NCBI GenBank assembly: GCA_013239625.1
Contig: MU053216.1
Coordinates: forward strand, 62,001-126,000
DNA: 64,000 nt
Source: Lama guanicoe
Taxonomy: Eukaryota
Direction: 5' to 3'
The notes below the pieces were generated by a model that was not told the DNA's origin, did not search any database, and saw only the letters and a program-made list of their open reading frames with translations. This document shows positions 1 to 11,688 of this stretch, in pieces. Each line of letters begins with the position of its first letter. Position 1 is the first letter of the stretch. A program made the position numbers and the translations under genes.

Positions 1-17
1 TCTCTGCTGTGTTTCAG

Positions 18-132
18 CCTTTCATCCGCTGCAGTTTACAGTGCAGGGACCTTGTGGATGAAGCAAAGAAGTTTCATCTGAGGCCTGAACTGCGCAGTCA
101 GATGCAGGGTCCCAGGACAAGGGCCCGTCTAG
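18..132 (+). CDS. KLHL12: KLHL12 internal coding exon (BACK/IVR region; gene starts upstream of window)
   Basis: tttcag| acceptor at 17 and G|gtgag donor at 133; encodes [38 protein letters not shown]; phase 1 joins the next exon. Confidence 0.95.
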
Positions 133-232
133 GTGAGCTGGTGTCATGGCGGAATGAGGGGTGCTTTTCAACTATCCCTGGCAGGCAGCATGATATACCT
201 GAAAAGAACGTTCTGTAAGAATCAGACCTCAT

Positions 233-240
233 TTCAGACC

Positions 241-272
<32 letters not shown>

Positions 273-370
273 GAGTAAAGGTAGGTTTATTTAGAGAAAT
301 ACATACTGCATAGAGTGTGGGCTGCTACAAAAGGCAATGAAAAGGTCACAAGATGTGGGGGTTCAGACCT
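233..370 (-). mobile_element. Short polyadenylated retroposed insertion (LTR-like 3' end) with target-site duplication
   Basis: Poly-T about 247-272; on the - strand AATAAA lies about 15 nt before the poly-A; ttcagacct at both 233-241 and 362-370. Confidence 0.65.
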
Positions 371-384
371 GTTTTTAATCTTTT

Positions 385-515
385 ATTAGTTGTGACATCT
401 TGAACAAATGTCTTTACCACCCTGAGCTTTCTTTCCTGTAAACCAGGAATATCTTCCCTATTTCACATGATGATTTGGAGGAGTAAATGAGATAAAGTGT
501 GTGACAGCACTTCAT
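385..515 (+). mobile_element. MIR SINE fragment
   Basis: tgtgacatcttgaacaa...ctgtaaa...taaatgagataaagtgtgtgacagcactt resembles the MIR core. Confidence 0.6.
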
Positions 516-769
516 CAGTTGTTAAGCATTATGCAGTATAAGCTATAATTCTGTTTCAGTACATTTGGAGTCTGTGAGCTGGGAATCATCTCAGATCCAC
601 GCAGTAAGGGGTGTGCTCCCCCGCCACCTCCCATCTGCACACTGAGAGAGGAGAGGCAGGGCGAGTGGCAGTGCTGTGCGGGGCAGAGGAGTTCCGAAGA
701 ATGGACGCACAGAATTTGGGTGGTGGCGGGACTCCAGAGCCAGGCTGTGGGGCAGATCCCTGCTGCTGT

Positions 770-950
770 ACTGGGCATGTTAGCTTCGGTAGGAAGTTTA
801 ACCGCCCTGTGTTTCAGTTGACTCATCTGTAAACTGGGGGTCACCATAGCTCCTGCCTTGAGGTTGTTGTGAAGAGCAGATGAAAAAGTTACGTGAAAGG
901 CTTAAAACAGTTCTGGGCACATCATAAGTGCTATGTACGTTGGCTGTCAT
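770..950 (+). mobile_element. MIR SINE fragment
   Basis: ctgtgtttcagttgactcatctgtaaactgggg...gttgttgtgaag...ggcacatcataagtgct. Confidence 0.65.
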
Positions 951-3112
951 TTCAGCAGACAGCTGGGTTCACATCCCATCCAGCCAGGGATGGTGTGAGG
1001 GAGCCGATGCTCCTGCCTCTGAAGCAAGGGCCCTTGCCGTGAGGCATTGACATCTCTCTGACCACAGTCAGTACTCAGATGTCACTTAAATGCACTTCCG
1101 TTTCCCATCGTCACAGTTTTACTGTCCCCGGAGCCCAGATACTGTGTGTAAAAGCATGTTGTGGGTTATAAATTACTCTGTATATGTGGGCCAGTATTTT
1201 GTTTTCATTGTTTCCTTTTTTTGCTCTTCTCTGACTGTGGACTCGTGCGTGCTGAGGTGTTAATTGATAATTAAGTTTTTCATTGATCAGTTTAAGTAGA
1301 ATGATGATTTAATCCCTTATATTTTTAGTGGCATAGTTACTATATGTCAATGTAGAAATTTTAGAAATTCAGAGAAGCAAAAAATAATCATCCATAATCC
1401 CACCACCCAGAGATGCTGGTTTTTGTTATAGTTGTTGTCAAAGGGCTGCTGTTCTGTTAGTTCCTTAGGGTGACCAAGTGCGATCTGTATCTCGTGTCAC
1501 ATGCAGAGATAGAATTGACACAAGACAGGGTGAAGGACTAACTGAAAAATCATGAAAGTAGTGGGGAAATTATAGGAAAATACTTGTATAACTTCTGAAA
1601 CTTTTTTTTTCTATTTTTAATTGTGGTAAAATATATATAGCATAAAATTTATCATCTTAACCATTCTATATTCACATTGTTGTACAATCGCTAGAACTCT
1701 TCATCTTTTAAAACTGAAATTCTGTATCTGTTAGGCAACAACCTCCATTCCCTCTACTCCCCTGGGTAGGAACCATTTTAATTAGTACAGAAAAAACTAG
1801 AAGCCTTCAAGGTTACTTGACTGCATCAGTTTTTGTTTTTTGTTTTTTTCTAATTGATGGGAAAAGACATAAAGTTAAAAGACAAGGGCTGGGAGAAAAT
1901 ATACACAATATGTATGACAAAAGGTTAATATTTCTAGTATAAAAAGAACCCGTAAGTATCAAGAAGAAGAAGAGCAGGAACCCCGTGGAAGACGGGTGTG
2001 AGAGATGTCGGGCAGCACACAGAGGAGCACGAGCACAGGAGCAGCACACACTGAAGAGTTTGCTCCACTGGCAGGTCTGGAATCGCAGAGTTTAAAATGC
2101 TACCCTGTGTGCCCCACCTCTGGGCACCAGGGCTATAGAGAGAGTGTATCAGTGTAGGAGTAACATGTGTAAGTACAGATAATTGCTAATAATCCAGAAA
2201 AGAAGGGATATAACCTGAATTGCAAATGGAGGGGAATGATTGTTGACTGGACTGTAGCCCAGCCGTACCGTGGAATGCTGTGAAACTGTGAAAGGCATTG
2301 AGCCATAATGTACATGAGACCAACTGTGTGCACACTTAGTGAGGGAAAAGAAACCGGTTTTATTGGAAAGAAAAAAAGAAAGGCAAAAACTCCTATATAT
2401 GTGTGTTTCCTGAGCATAAACAAAGGCTGTGTATGCAGGATGAACACTAAACCTTAAACAAAATGGGATTGCAGGAGAATATTAACTACTGATACTTTGT
2501 TTATATACCTCTCTGTTATTACCATAAGCTTGTGGTTACATCTGTTACTTAAAAAATGATAACAAACATACATATTCTTTAAATACCAGTGATGCAGTGG
2601 GAAGAATCTGGTGCTAGGAGGTCAGACGCTTTGCTCACTTGGATTTCTACTCCCAGCTCTGTCGCTTACTCTAGTAACTTGCTTTCTGAACTTGGACAAG
2701 TCCTTTAGCTTCTCTAGATTACCATTTCCTCTTCTGCATGTCAAAGGAGTTAAATTCAGTCACTAAGATTCTTTCCAATACAGAAGATATGTTTCTTTTT
2801 TGTAGAGCCAAAGGGGTCCCAGAGAGTACATGATGGCTTCATCAGGTTGCTTGTTAATTGTACAAAAGCCAATGAAAATTTGTGTGAACTGGCAATTCTA
2901 GAACGTTCTCTGGAGTACATTTCGTGCATTCCTATATAGGAAGCAGAAGGCTCCTACTTGCTCCGAGAACTTGCTTATTGTCCTGACCTTGAGGGATTAG
3001 AAACTGATTCTACATGCCCTCATAGTTTTGAGGTTATCTTTTCAAAAATTTTAGAGAGGAAAATAATGAAGCTATTCCCAACCAAATTTTTTTTTTAATT
3101 TTTGCCAAGTAC

Positions 3113-3203
3113 TTTTTTTTTTAAGCAGAGGTGCTGGGGATTGAAACCCAGGACTCCGTGCATGCTAAGCATGTGCTCTACCACTGAGCTACACCCTCCC
3201 CCC
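3113..3203 (-). mobile_element. tRNA-derived SINE (camelid Vic-1-like)
   Basis: Reverse complement GGGGAGGGTGTAGCTCAGTGGTAGAGCACATGCTTAGCATGCACGGAGTCCTGGGTTTCAATCCCCAGCACCTC plus A tail; pol III A and B boxes. Confidence 0.85.
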
Positions 3204-5619
3204 CACCCCAGTTTGGTTTTTAATTTAGCATCTCCTTGTTAGTGCCTCAGAAATAAATTGTTCCAACCACCATGTCCTCTGCTCAGCTCTATTTATAGGG
3301 GTAACTGTGGTACTTGGTAACTGTGGTACTGCTAAACCAGTTTCCAAGATGATGACTCTTCTGCATACAGCATGAGGAAACTAAATATGCAGCTAAGTAA
3401 AAACAGCATGCCAAATAACGTGTGGGCATTGTGTTTTAATTATTAATCTTACCCATTACTCTCTCACAAAAGACGTCATAGGAATTGCAGTTTCTCTGCC
3501 TCTTTTTCTGGGCGTGTGGAAATGTAGGTCTCTGAACCTGTCATTCTGCAGTCCTGCAGTCTGCTCTCTATTTCTTTGACTACACACCCCAGCGCACATG
3601 CCTCCCCTCCCCAACCTGCGAAAAATAACCACGGGCGGCACTGTCAGGCCTCAGTGTTAGTAATGTGCCTTTTCATGTTGTTCTCAAAGATGTTTTAGAC
3701 ACCCTTTCCTCCTCTTAAATATAAAAATCTAACTCAACAAGTGCCGTGTTTGTTGTCGGAGAGCAGACATGCTTCATTCTGGTCGGCCCTTTCATCAGCT
3801 TTTATCACATGAGGCAGACAGTTAGAGTAGGGGCCCCCCACTCAGGGTCCAAAGACACTAAGACCCCTAGAAGTTCTTCTGAGGGAGGAAGACTTTCTAG
3901 GCACAAAGTAGTAGAAAAAATGACAAAAGAAAAGGTCAGTGTATCTGAATAAAATCACGTACAACATTCTAAGACAGATTAGGAAAACAGATTTGCTACA
4001 GCCACAGCACAGGGTTAAAATCAATTGTATGTAAAGAGCTCAAAAAATACATGAGAGGAAGAAACACTAGAGACGTGAGTGCACAGTTCACAGAAGGGGA
4101 GTCCTACTAAACAGAAGGGGCGAGATTCAAACTGATTAGTTACAGAGTCTTATTAGTAATGAGAATTACAACAGATAAAATTTTTTGCCTACCACAGTAT
4201 CAAAGAGTGGAAAACAGTACGCAGTGCTACATAGAGTAGAATGAACTGACACCTCTAGAGTGTTGGTAGGAATATAAATGTGTTGAACCTCAGAAAGCAT
4301 CTTGTGATACATACAAAATACCTTCATAAAGTTCATGTTCTTCATTCCAGTAGTCCTTCCATTTTTATGCTAAGAAAATGACTGGGGAAAGTTTCACATT
4401 CAAGAATATTTATCACAGGATTATATGTGATTCTTTATAACCCCAAATTACACACCCCTGAAATACCTAAAAATATTAAAATCGTATTTTAAAAGATTTG
4501 GTTAATATCTTGGGAAAGTGAAATAAAAACAGGATGCAATACAATACCATCTGGTCCCATTTATGTTTCATCAATGTTTAGAAACAAAACTGGAAGGAAA
4601 TCATCTGATACATTTTGGTGTGTCTTTGTATTGTGGATTTATGGCTAAATGTTTTTCATAATATTTGTCTATATAAAGTATTTTTGCAGCAAAATCTGTT
4701 TTATATATATTACATGTTTTATCATGAGAAATTAACATTGAAAAAATTTTTAACCAAACGGTGGGTAATATGCAAGTAAGGACAGCAGTCATACTAGTCC
4801 TTGAGTTATTTTTTAACCTTTCTAAAAGAAGATCATTTTTGGACTAGAAAGAGCCAAACAAAGACATCAGAATTGACTAAAATTGCGTATATTTGGTGTT
4901 AGAACACTGGTGCTCCCATCTTCATCGGAAGCTCTGGGGGACGTACGTCGCATGGGCCCTAGTCGGGGAGTCAGTTACTCTGCTTGGCAGGTGGTCTTTC
5001 AGAACACAGGGTCTGTCAGGGGAAATAATGAAAGGAGCCTTCCTGGCAAAGAGGTTTGGGAGCCAGTGGTCTCGGACCCCCAGCATTCAGAGCCACAAAT
5101 CCCTGCGCTGTTCCGCTGTGAACACAGAACTACCAGGATGATGAGTGAGAAACTTTTGGCCAACGGGAATGCTGTCGGTTCTCTGGGTTTTGAAATTGCA
5201 GTTTAAAATAAATGGAATTTTTTTTACTGTGTGAAGCATAGAAAGTACCCTTGGTTGTTATACAGTGTTTTCAGTCTATTACCCTTCAGGTCTCAACCAC
5301 TAGCATTGCATTTACCTAAAGGGAGATGTGTTTGGGTAGGATTGTCTCACCTCCTCTATTCAAGTTCCAGGGAGAGAAGAGATGGGAGAGAGGGGGGCAA
5401 ATAGTAGGAAGCCCTGCCATGAAGGGCCTGCCCTCTCCCAGCTTGAAGGAATTTTACGCACAAATAAAATTAGCATCATAAGAAAGGGCCCATTGTTCAA
5501 ATGCTTTGTTTTTTAAAGGGAGATGACTGCTCACCTTGGAAAAGGGTCCACTTTATTGGGCAACTGCACAAACAGGAGCCCTCTCAGAAGAGGAGGTTAA
5601 ACTCCATGGTTTATGTGTG

Positions 5620-6340
5620 GGTTATTAAGAAAAATTTCAAACATGTATAAAAACAGAGTATATAAGGATTCCCCTTCCACATCACCCAGTTTCAAAAATT
5701 ATCAACTCAGGGCCTATCTGTTTTGAAGCAAAATCACAGACAGGGTAAAACTCCATTCATGTATGTTATGCTTTCATGTGTATCTCTGGAACATCAGGAG
5801 TCTTTTTTTACCAGATCCAAATTGCCATCATCACTCTTTGAAGCACACAACCAATTCTTTATCATCATCAGATACCAAGTACACGTTTCCGATTCCTCAA
5901 TTTTCCCATAATTTATTTTCCTCTGTTCTTAGCACTTCGTTTGCTCCAATCAGGATCCAGATGATGCCCACGCATTGCACTGAGTTTATATCTCTCTTTA
6001 GTCTCTTCTAACTCATAGGTTTTTCCATCCTGCTTTTGTTTTTTCCTTGCAATTTATTTGTTGAAGAAACCTGTAGAATTTCCCACTGTGTAGATTTTGC
6101 TGATTGCATCCAAGTAGTCTCATTTAACGTGCTCTTCTGTCCCCTGTGTTTTCTATAAACTGGTAGTTAGACTAGACGCTTGGTAAGGTTCAAGATTCAG
6201 CTTCGGTTTTCCAACAAGAACACTCCACAGGTGATGGCAGAGTGCTTCTGCTTGAGCGTCGTAAACCAGTGGGTTAGCTTCCCCCAGTGATCAGAGCAGC
6301 CATTGATAATTGTCAGAGCCATTGTTGCATTAGAGGTTTA
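5620..6340 (-). mobile_element. Old LINE-1 (L1M-type) 3' fragment
   Basis: aaaatttcaaacatgtataaaaacagag..., ccaatcaggatcc...cacgcattgc, gattttgctgattgcatc typical of ancient L1 3' ends. Confidence 0.5.
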
Positions 6341-7128
6341 CCTGTATTTCTTGTCAATTTAGAGGTACCGCATTTGCTCTTTCAAGTCCAGGCCAACTAA
6401 ATGTGCTCTTGGTGATTGAATTGTCCAGACAGCTCCAGCTAACCATTCTTTCCACGAGTTCTAGTAGAGCGGGTACACAGGGGGATTTCCTCGGCAGAAA
6501 TACTGTCAGAACAACGTTATCCAAATAAGTCCTTAGGGGAAAGGGGAAGATATAAAAGCTATCAAAATATCTTGTTTGGGAAAATAATAGAGGAAAATGA
6601 TTCCCTTTAGAAGTGTAGTCTTGTGATTACTGGGCAGTTGCGATGAATTGGCCGGGAACATGGTCAAATAGTTGGCTAACTTGGAAAAATAAAAATTCAT
6701 GGAAAAGATTTTTTAAATCCATCATTTGGTTCCTAAGCCACAACTCTCAACTTTTGGGAGACAATGTTAGGAGCCCATTCTTTACTATCACAAGATAACT
6801 CCCATTTTGAGTTTTACAGGCGGAGAAGGGCAGGGAGCACCCCCGGCCTCCAGCCTACACTTAGAGCCTGTTACGAAATCAGCCAGTCTTCTGGATGGGT
6901 TGAAATGGTGTGGAGTATGTTGCAATGTCATACAGAAATTTAAATTTCAGAGATTCATGTCCTCAAGAAGAAATAATTTCCTATTAGGCAGCTTTGTGAT
7001 GAATCTCTCCTATTTCAGATTGCTTCTCTGGGCTTCATAAAACAATATATCCTAGAACTGTTCCACGTCTCCTCCTGTGTGTACTCACCCAGCCAGCAAT
7101 GGTAACATCTCTCCTCCCTCATCTTCAG

Positions 7129-7235
7129 GAGCCAATGAGGTGCTTCTGGTGGTCGGGGGCTTTGGAAGCCAGCAGTCTCCCATCGACGTGGTAGAGAAGT
7201 ATGACCCCAAGACTCAGGAGTGGAGCTTTCTGCCA
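7129..7235 (+). CDS. KLHL12: KLHL12 coding exon, kelch repeat 1
   Basis: cttcag| ... CCA|gtgag; (G)[35 protein letters not shown]. Confidence 0.96.
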
Positions 7236-8030
7236 GTGAGTACGGGTAGGGCTGGGCGCGGGTAAGGAGCTTGAATGTCCACACCCCTCACTCTAGATCA
7301 TAACTAATCCCACCCTAGTAGTCGAGGCGCCTAGTAACAGCATAGAGGTCCTTACCACAGTGTTCACACCATGGGCACTTAGTAGTTATAGACTGATTCG
7401 ACTTCAGAAGTATGAGTAGCACTGTGTCACACTAAACCCAGCTGGCCGCCACTGTTTGAGCGCCTTCCTGAGCTGTGGGTATAACTCCCAGGGTGCTCTA
7501 CCAGTCATGCCCTGAACTCACTGTTAAATTGTGTTAAACTGGTGTTTGGTGGAACTCAGAAGTTTGCATCTTTCTCCCTTCATATGTCTCTGTTTCACTG
7601 CTGAATGAACAATAATAATTCTAAGAAAACATGGAAATCTTTTTATCAGTTCTCCTAACTTTTCAGGCCTTTGAACCCTGGCCCTTAGACAGCAGCGTGC
7701 TAATGCTTTTCCACTTTAGGGAAGGAGGTCAGTCTTCAGCCCAGTGCCTTATGGAGTAGAAAGGAGTCAGATACTGGAGAATGGAAAGACTTTAGTTCCT
7801 CTGGAATCCTTGGAAAGAGGCAGACGTACAGAAGGCCTGCCTCTCTGAGAGCACCACAGCAAGCAGGAGGTTTTCATCCAGTAGGCAGAGAACCTCTGCT
7901 TAGAAGGCTTCTCGGTGGCAGGTGAAGAAGCAGAGGTGTGTAGATAAAAACAGAAAGGGCAGCAAAAAGTGAGGCCTAAGACTTGTGTGACTGAAATGAC
8001 AGAGGTGCCCCTTCACTCCTGAACCCACAG

Positions 8031-8226
8031 AGCATCACTCGAAAGAGACGCTACGTGGCCTCAGTGTCCCTGCATGACCGGATCTATGTGATTGGTGGCT
8101 ATGACGGCCGTTCCCGCCTCAGTTCAGTGGAATGTCTCGACTACACAGCAGATGAGGATGGGGTCTGGTATTCTGTGGCCCCTATGAATGTCCGGCGAGG
8201 CCTGGCTGGAGCCACCACCCTCGGAG
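8031..8226 (+). CDS. KLHL12: KLHL12 coding exon, kelch repeats
   Basis: ccacag| ... G|gtagg; [38 protein letters not shown]...GATTLG. Confidence 0.96.
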
Positions 8227-8652
8227 GTAGGCTGGTGCACAGGGCGGTGTTTCCATTTGGGGTGGCTGGATTGGGGTTCATACCACTCCACAAAATGTAG
8301 GAGCCACTGGTAAGGTCAGAGGTGCCTTTCTGCTTTTGGAAATACTCATGGATGTCTCAACACTGACAACAAAGGTGGTAAATCAAGTTCCAGTGTGCTG
8401 AGTGGGGAACTGGCACTAGTATTTTTGCAAACTCACATCTAGTCTTGGAATGTTTTTGAAGATTCTGTCTTACCCCATTCTTTTTCTGTGTCTTGACTGT
8501 ACTATTCTCTTTGAAAAAAGAAAAAGACTTAATTGATTTATCCCATAAAAAACACTTGTCTTTACCCCCAAACATTTGAAAGAGTTGTGGAGAAAAGAGT
8601 TATTAGAAACCTCTCATTCTCTAATAGTCTGTGGTTTGTTCTTTCCAAGCAG

Positions 8653-8811
8653 ATATGATCTATGTCTCTGGGGGCTTTGATGGAAGCAGGCGTCACACCA
8701 GCATGGAGCGATATGACCCAAACATTGACCAGTGGAGCATGCTGGGAGACATGCAGACAGCCCGGGAAGGCGCCGGCCTTGTCGTAGCCAGCGGAGTGAT
8801 CTACTGTCTAG
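8653..8811 (+). CDS. KLHL12: KLHL12 coding exon, kelch repeats
   Basis: aagcag| ... G|gtgtt; (D)[27 protein letters not shown]...VIYCL. Confidence 0.95.
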
Positions 8812-9121
8812 GTGTTCCATCTGGGCGCAGGAGAGAACTTGATGGGTGGCGTCCTCTGGGTGGGGATCCCTGTTAGTAGAATTAAGTTTGTAGACTTCCT
8901 TGAACTGAAACCTGAGTCTGTCCCATTGTCTTTCATTAACTGGGGTTCTTTTTTTCCTGAAAGCAAGGAACAGGGGCCTGTCAGATTTCTCTTTGGATTA
9001 TTGGAACCCTTGAGGGAGAACCAGAACTAGAAGAATTAGTTGAAACCCTGGAGAAAGGCAGCCTGGGGTGGGCGTAAGGATTTACCGTTCTTTCTGGAAT
9101 GGTCTCTGCTTTGTCTTTCAG

Positions 9122-9220
9122 GAGGCTATGATGGCTTGAATATCTTAAATTCAGTTGAGAAATATGACCCCCACACAGGACACTGGACTAATATCACGCC
9201 AATGGCCACCAAGCGCTCTG
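9122..9220 (+). CDS. KLHL12: KLHL12 coding exon, kelch repeat
   Basis: tttcag| ... G|gtaag; (G)[32 protein letters not shown]. Confidence 0.96.
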
Positions 9221-9902
9221 GTAAGACCCATCATATGGGAGGGGGCAGTGGACAGTGCTGTCAGATCTTCACACGTGTAGGGCTGCAGCCACAGGTCAGG
9301 CATTGAGCCTGAGCTGGAGTCCCTTCTGCACTGGAGATGGAGTAAAACAGGAGTCAGACCCATTCTCCCCGCAACCTCAGCTTCCAGCCAGACTACAGTT
9401 TGAGGGCAACGCCTTCTTGTCTTACTCATTTTTAATGTCTTGGTTCCCTCCCTGCATTCTGAGTATCTGGTCCAATTCCATGTATATAGTGCGTGCAGAG
9501 TGGTCTCACACACGTGCAGTAGAGGGGCTCCTGAGTGCCCTGGGCGGGGACACAAGGAAGGGGAGAGCCCTGCCGCTGGGCACAGTGCTGCAGACCCAGA
9601 GTCACAGCCTTTCCTCACAGCCTTCTTTTCTCCCTTCCTCTTCTCCTGATGAAGAGGGCTGGGCTCTGACCTGATGAAAGCGAGGTTAACAACCAGTTCA
9701 TTTTCTCTTTTCTCATTTCAAGTCCTGCCCAGAGGGTTTACAGGTGGGATAGCCTATGCTGGCCTGGATTCTTCTAGGCCTGTCTGGCCCAAGTCCACAT
9801 CCCTCAGCCACCCCATGTTTCAGCTCGCCACCACTGACCACGTCTTTCCAGGATTCAGGCCCTAAGCTTAGTACTGTTCACTTTGTGTACCTTTCTCCCC
9901 AG

Positions 9903-10089
9903 GTGCAGGAGTAGCCCTGCTGAATGACCATATTTATGTGGTGGGGGGATTTGATGGCACAGCCCACCTGTCTTCTGTTGAAGCGTACAACATTCGCACC
10001 GATTCCTGGACGACGGTCACTAGCATGACCACCCCGCGATGCTACGTCGGGGCCACAGTGCTTCGGGGGAGACTTTATGCAATTGCAGG
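9903..10089 (+). CDS. KLHL12: KLHL12 coding exon, kelch repeats
   Basis: ccccag| ... GG|gtgag; (G)[35 protein letters not shown]...RLYAIA; not in ORF track, read manually. Confidence 0.95.
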
Positions 10090-10270
10090 GTGAGGGTTTC
10101 AACAGACCAGAGTCCTTGTGCCTCCAGAGCAGTGTGATCCAATCTGCACTTCGGGGTTCAGGGTTTGGTTCAGGGGTGATGTCTCCACGGCACCCTTGCT
10201 GTAGGACTTGTGAGGGGAGGACCGTGCGGGGAGGGATGGGGAGCTCATCTCCTTGCCTCTCCCCCATCAG

Positions 10271-10397
10271 TTACGACGGGAACTCCCTGCTGAGCAGCAT
10301 CGAGTGCTATGACCCCGTCATCGACAGCTGGGAGGTCGTGACCTCCATGGGAACCCAGCGCTGTGACGCTGGCGTGTGTGTTCTCCGAGAGAAGTGA
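10271..10397 (+). CDS. KLHL12: KLHL12 last coding exon
   Basis: catcag| then (G)[44 protein letters not shown]. Confidence 0.96.
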
Positions 10398-11682
10398 CCA
10401 GTCCAAGGGGCAGTCTGCAGAGAGCCAAGGATCCTTTCCAGGATGTCTGTTTCTCACTGTGTGCATGGGAGGATTACAAGCACCAGTGCCGTGATGATTG
10501 TACTTATTTAATACCCCCTCTCTCACTGGTCCTTGTCTCCGAGGAGGGTGGGTAACAGACACTCAAGGGAAGAGAACGCGTGCTGAGTGGGTGTGAGAGG
10601 CCAGACCACTTCTCCTTGCCGAGGGAGCACTTTCTTGTCATTTTACCTTAGCGTGTGCTTGGGAGAGTGTACGTGTTAAGTTGTGCCCCGTGTGTTATAG
10701 AGAATACGGTGAGTATGACCTGCGGGGTGTAGGCAGGATCCAGCCTAGATGACTGGAAAGATACCACCTCTTGTTTTCCAGGAATAAGTATCTTTCCTAG
10801 TCTACAGGTAGCAAGGGGCAACACCGTCCTGTTCTGGAGGGAAACAGAGGGAAGAGCTGTGTCAAAACTTCAGGGGCCTGGGGAGGGGTCTACCTGACAC
10901 TCAAGGGGAGCAGGGTTGCTGTCAGAACTGGGTTCAGCGTGAAGTGAACTGAATTTGGTGGGATGTGAGTGTGCCTGCAACATCTGGAGGAGTGAGAGGG
11001 AGTGTTATTTGGAGAGTCTTCCCATTGCCCCACGGTGTTTCTGAGCTAGAATGTTGTGCCCTTGGCTCTGGAGACTGTGAGAGAGTAACAAAGAGGTGGG
11101 GGGGGTGAGCGGAGATGGAGGAAGGGGCATTCAGTATGCCGGGACAGGCTAGATTCCCTGCCACAGCTCATCTGCCTTGAGTGGGTGAAAGACCGTCTTT
11201 CTTTATTGAATCAAATACTACTACACTATTACACATCCATACTATTTATAGGGGGATGGGAGGGGTGGGGTGGCAGCCACCTAGAAGTTCAGCTACCTGA
11301 TTACTCCCCAGTTCTTTTAAGGGCATACTTCTGCTAAGAAGTGGTTTTTACTGCTGTGTTTTTTTACATTTAGTCCTTTTCCTACTATAATATCCCTTCC
11401 CTGTCTTTAGAGTGGATTTTATTCATCCCAGGAGAGAATAATTACCGGCAACCAAAATCCTTTTGTTAGTTTCAGTACATGCTGTCCCTGTGTCTGAGCT
11501 GCCATCCAAGGCTCTCCTGTACTATGGAGTGACATTCCTGCTTCGTGGGTGTTGGGAGCGTGGGGACGCGATAACCTAAACAAGGATGCACTTTCCTTTT
11601 GCTCGGAAATTCCACTTTTTCCTCTTTTCCCTGAGTTGTGTTGACCTAAAGTTCATTTCCTTTGTATTTTTTTTAAGAAAAT

Positions 11683-11688
11683 ATTAAA
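11683..11688 (+). terminator. Candidate KLHL12 polyadenylation signal (ATTAAA; alternative AATAAA at 11949-11954)
   Basis: Hexamer about 1.3 kb after the stop codon, preceded by a U-rich tract containing TGTA. Confidence 0.5.
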
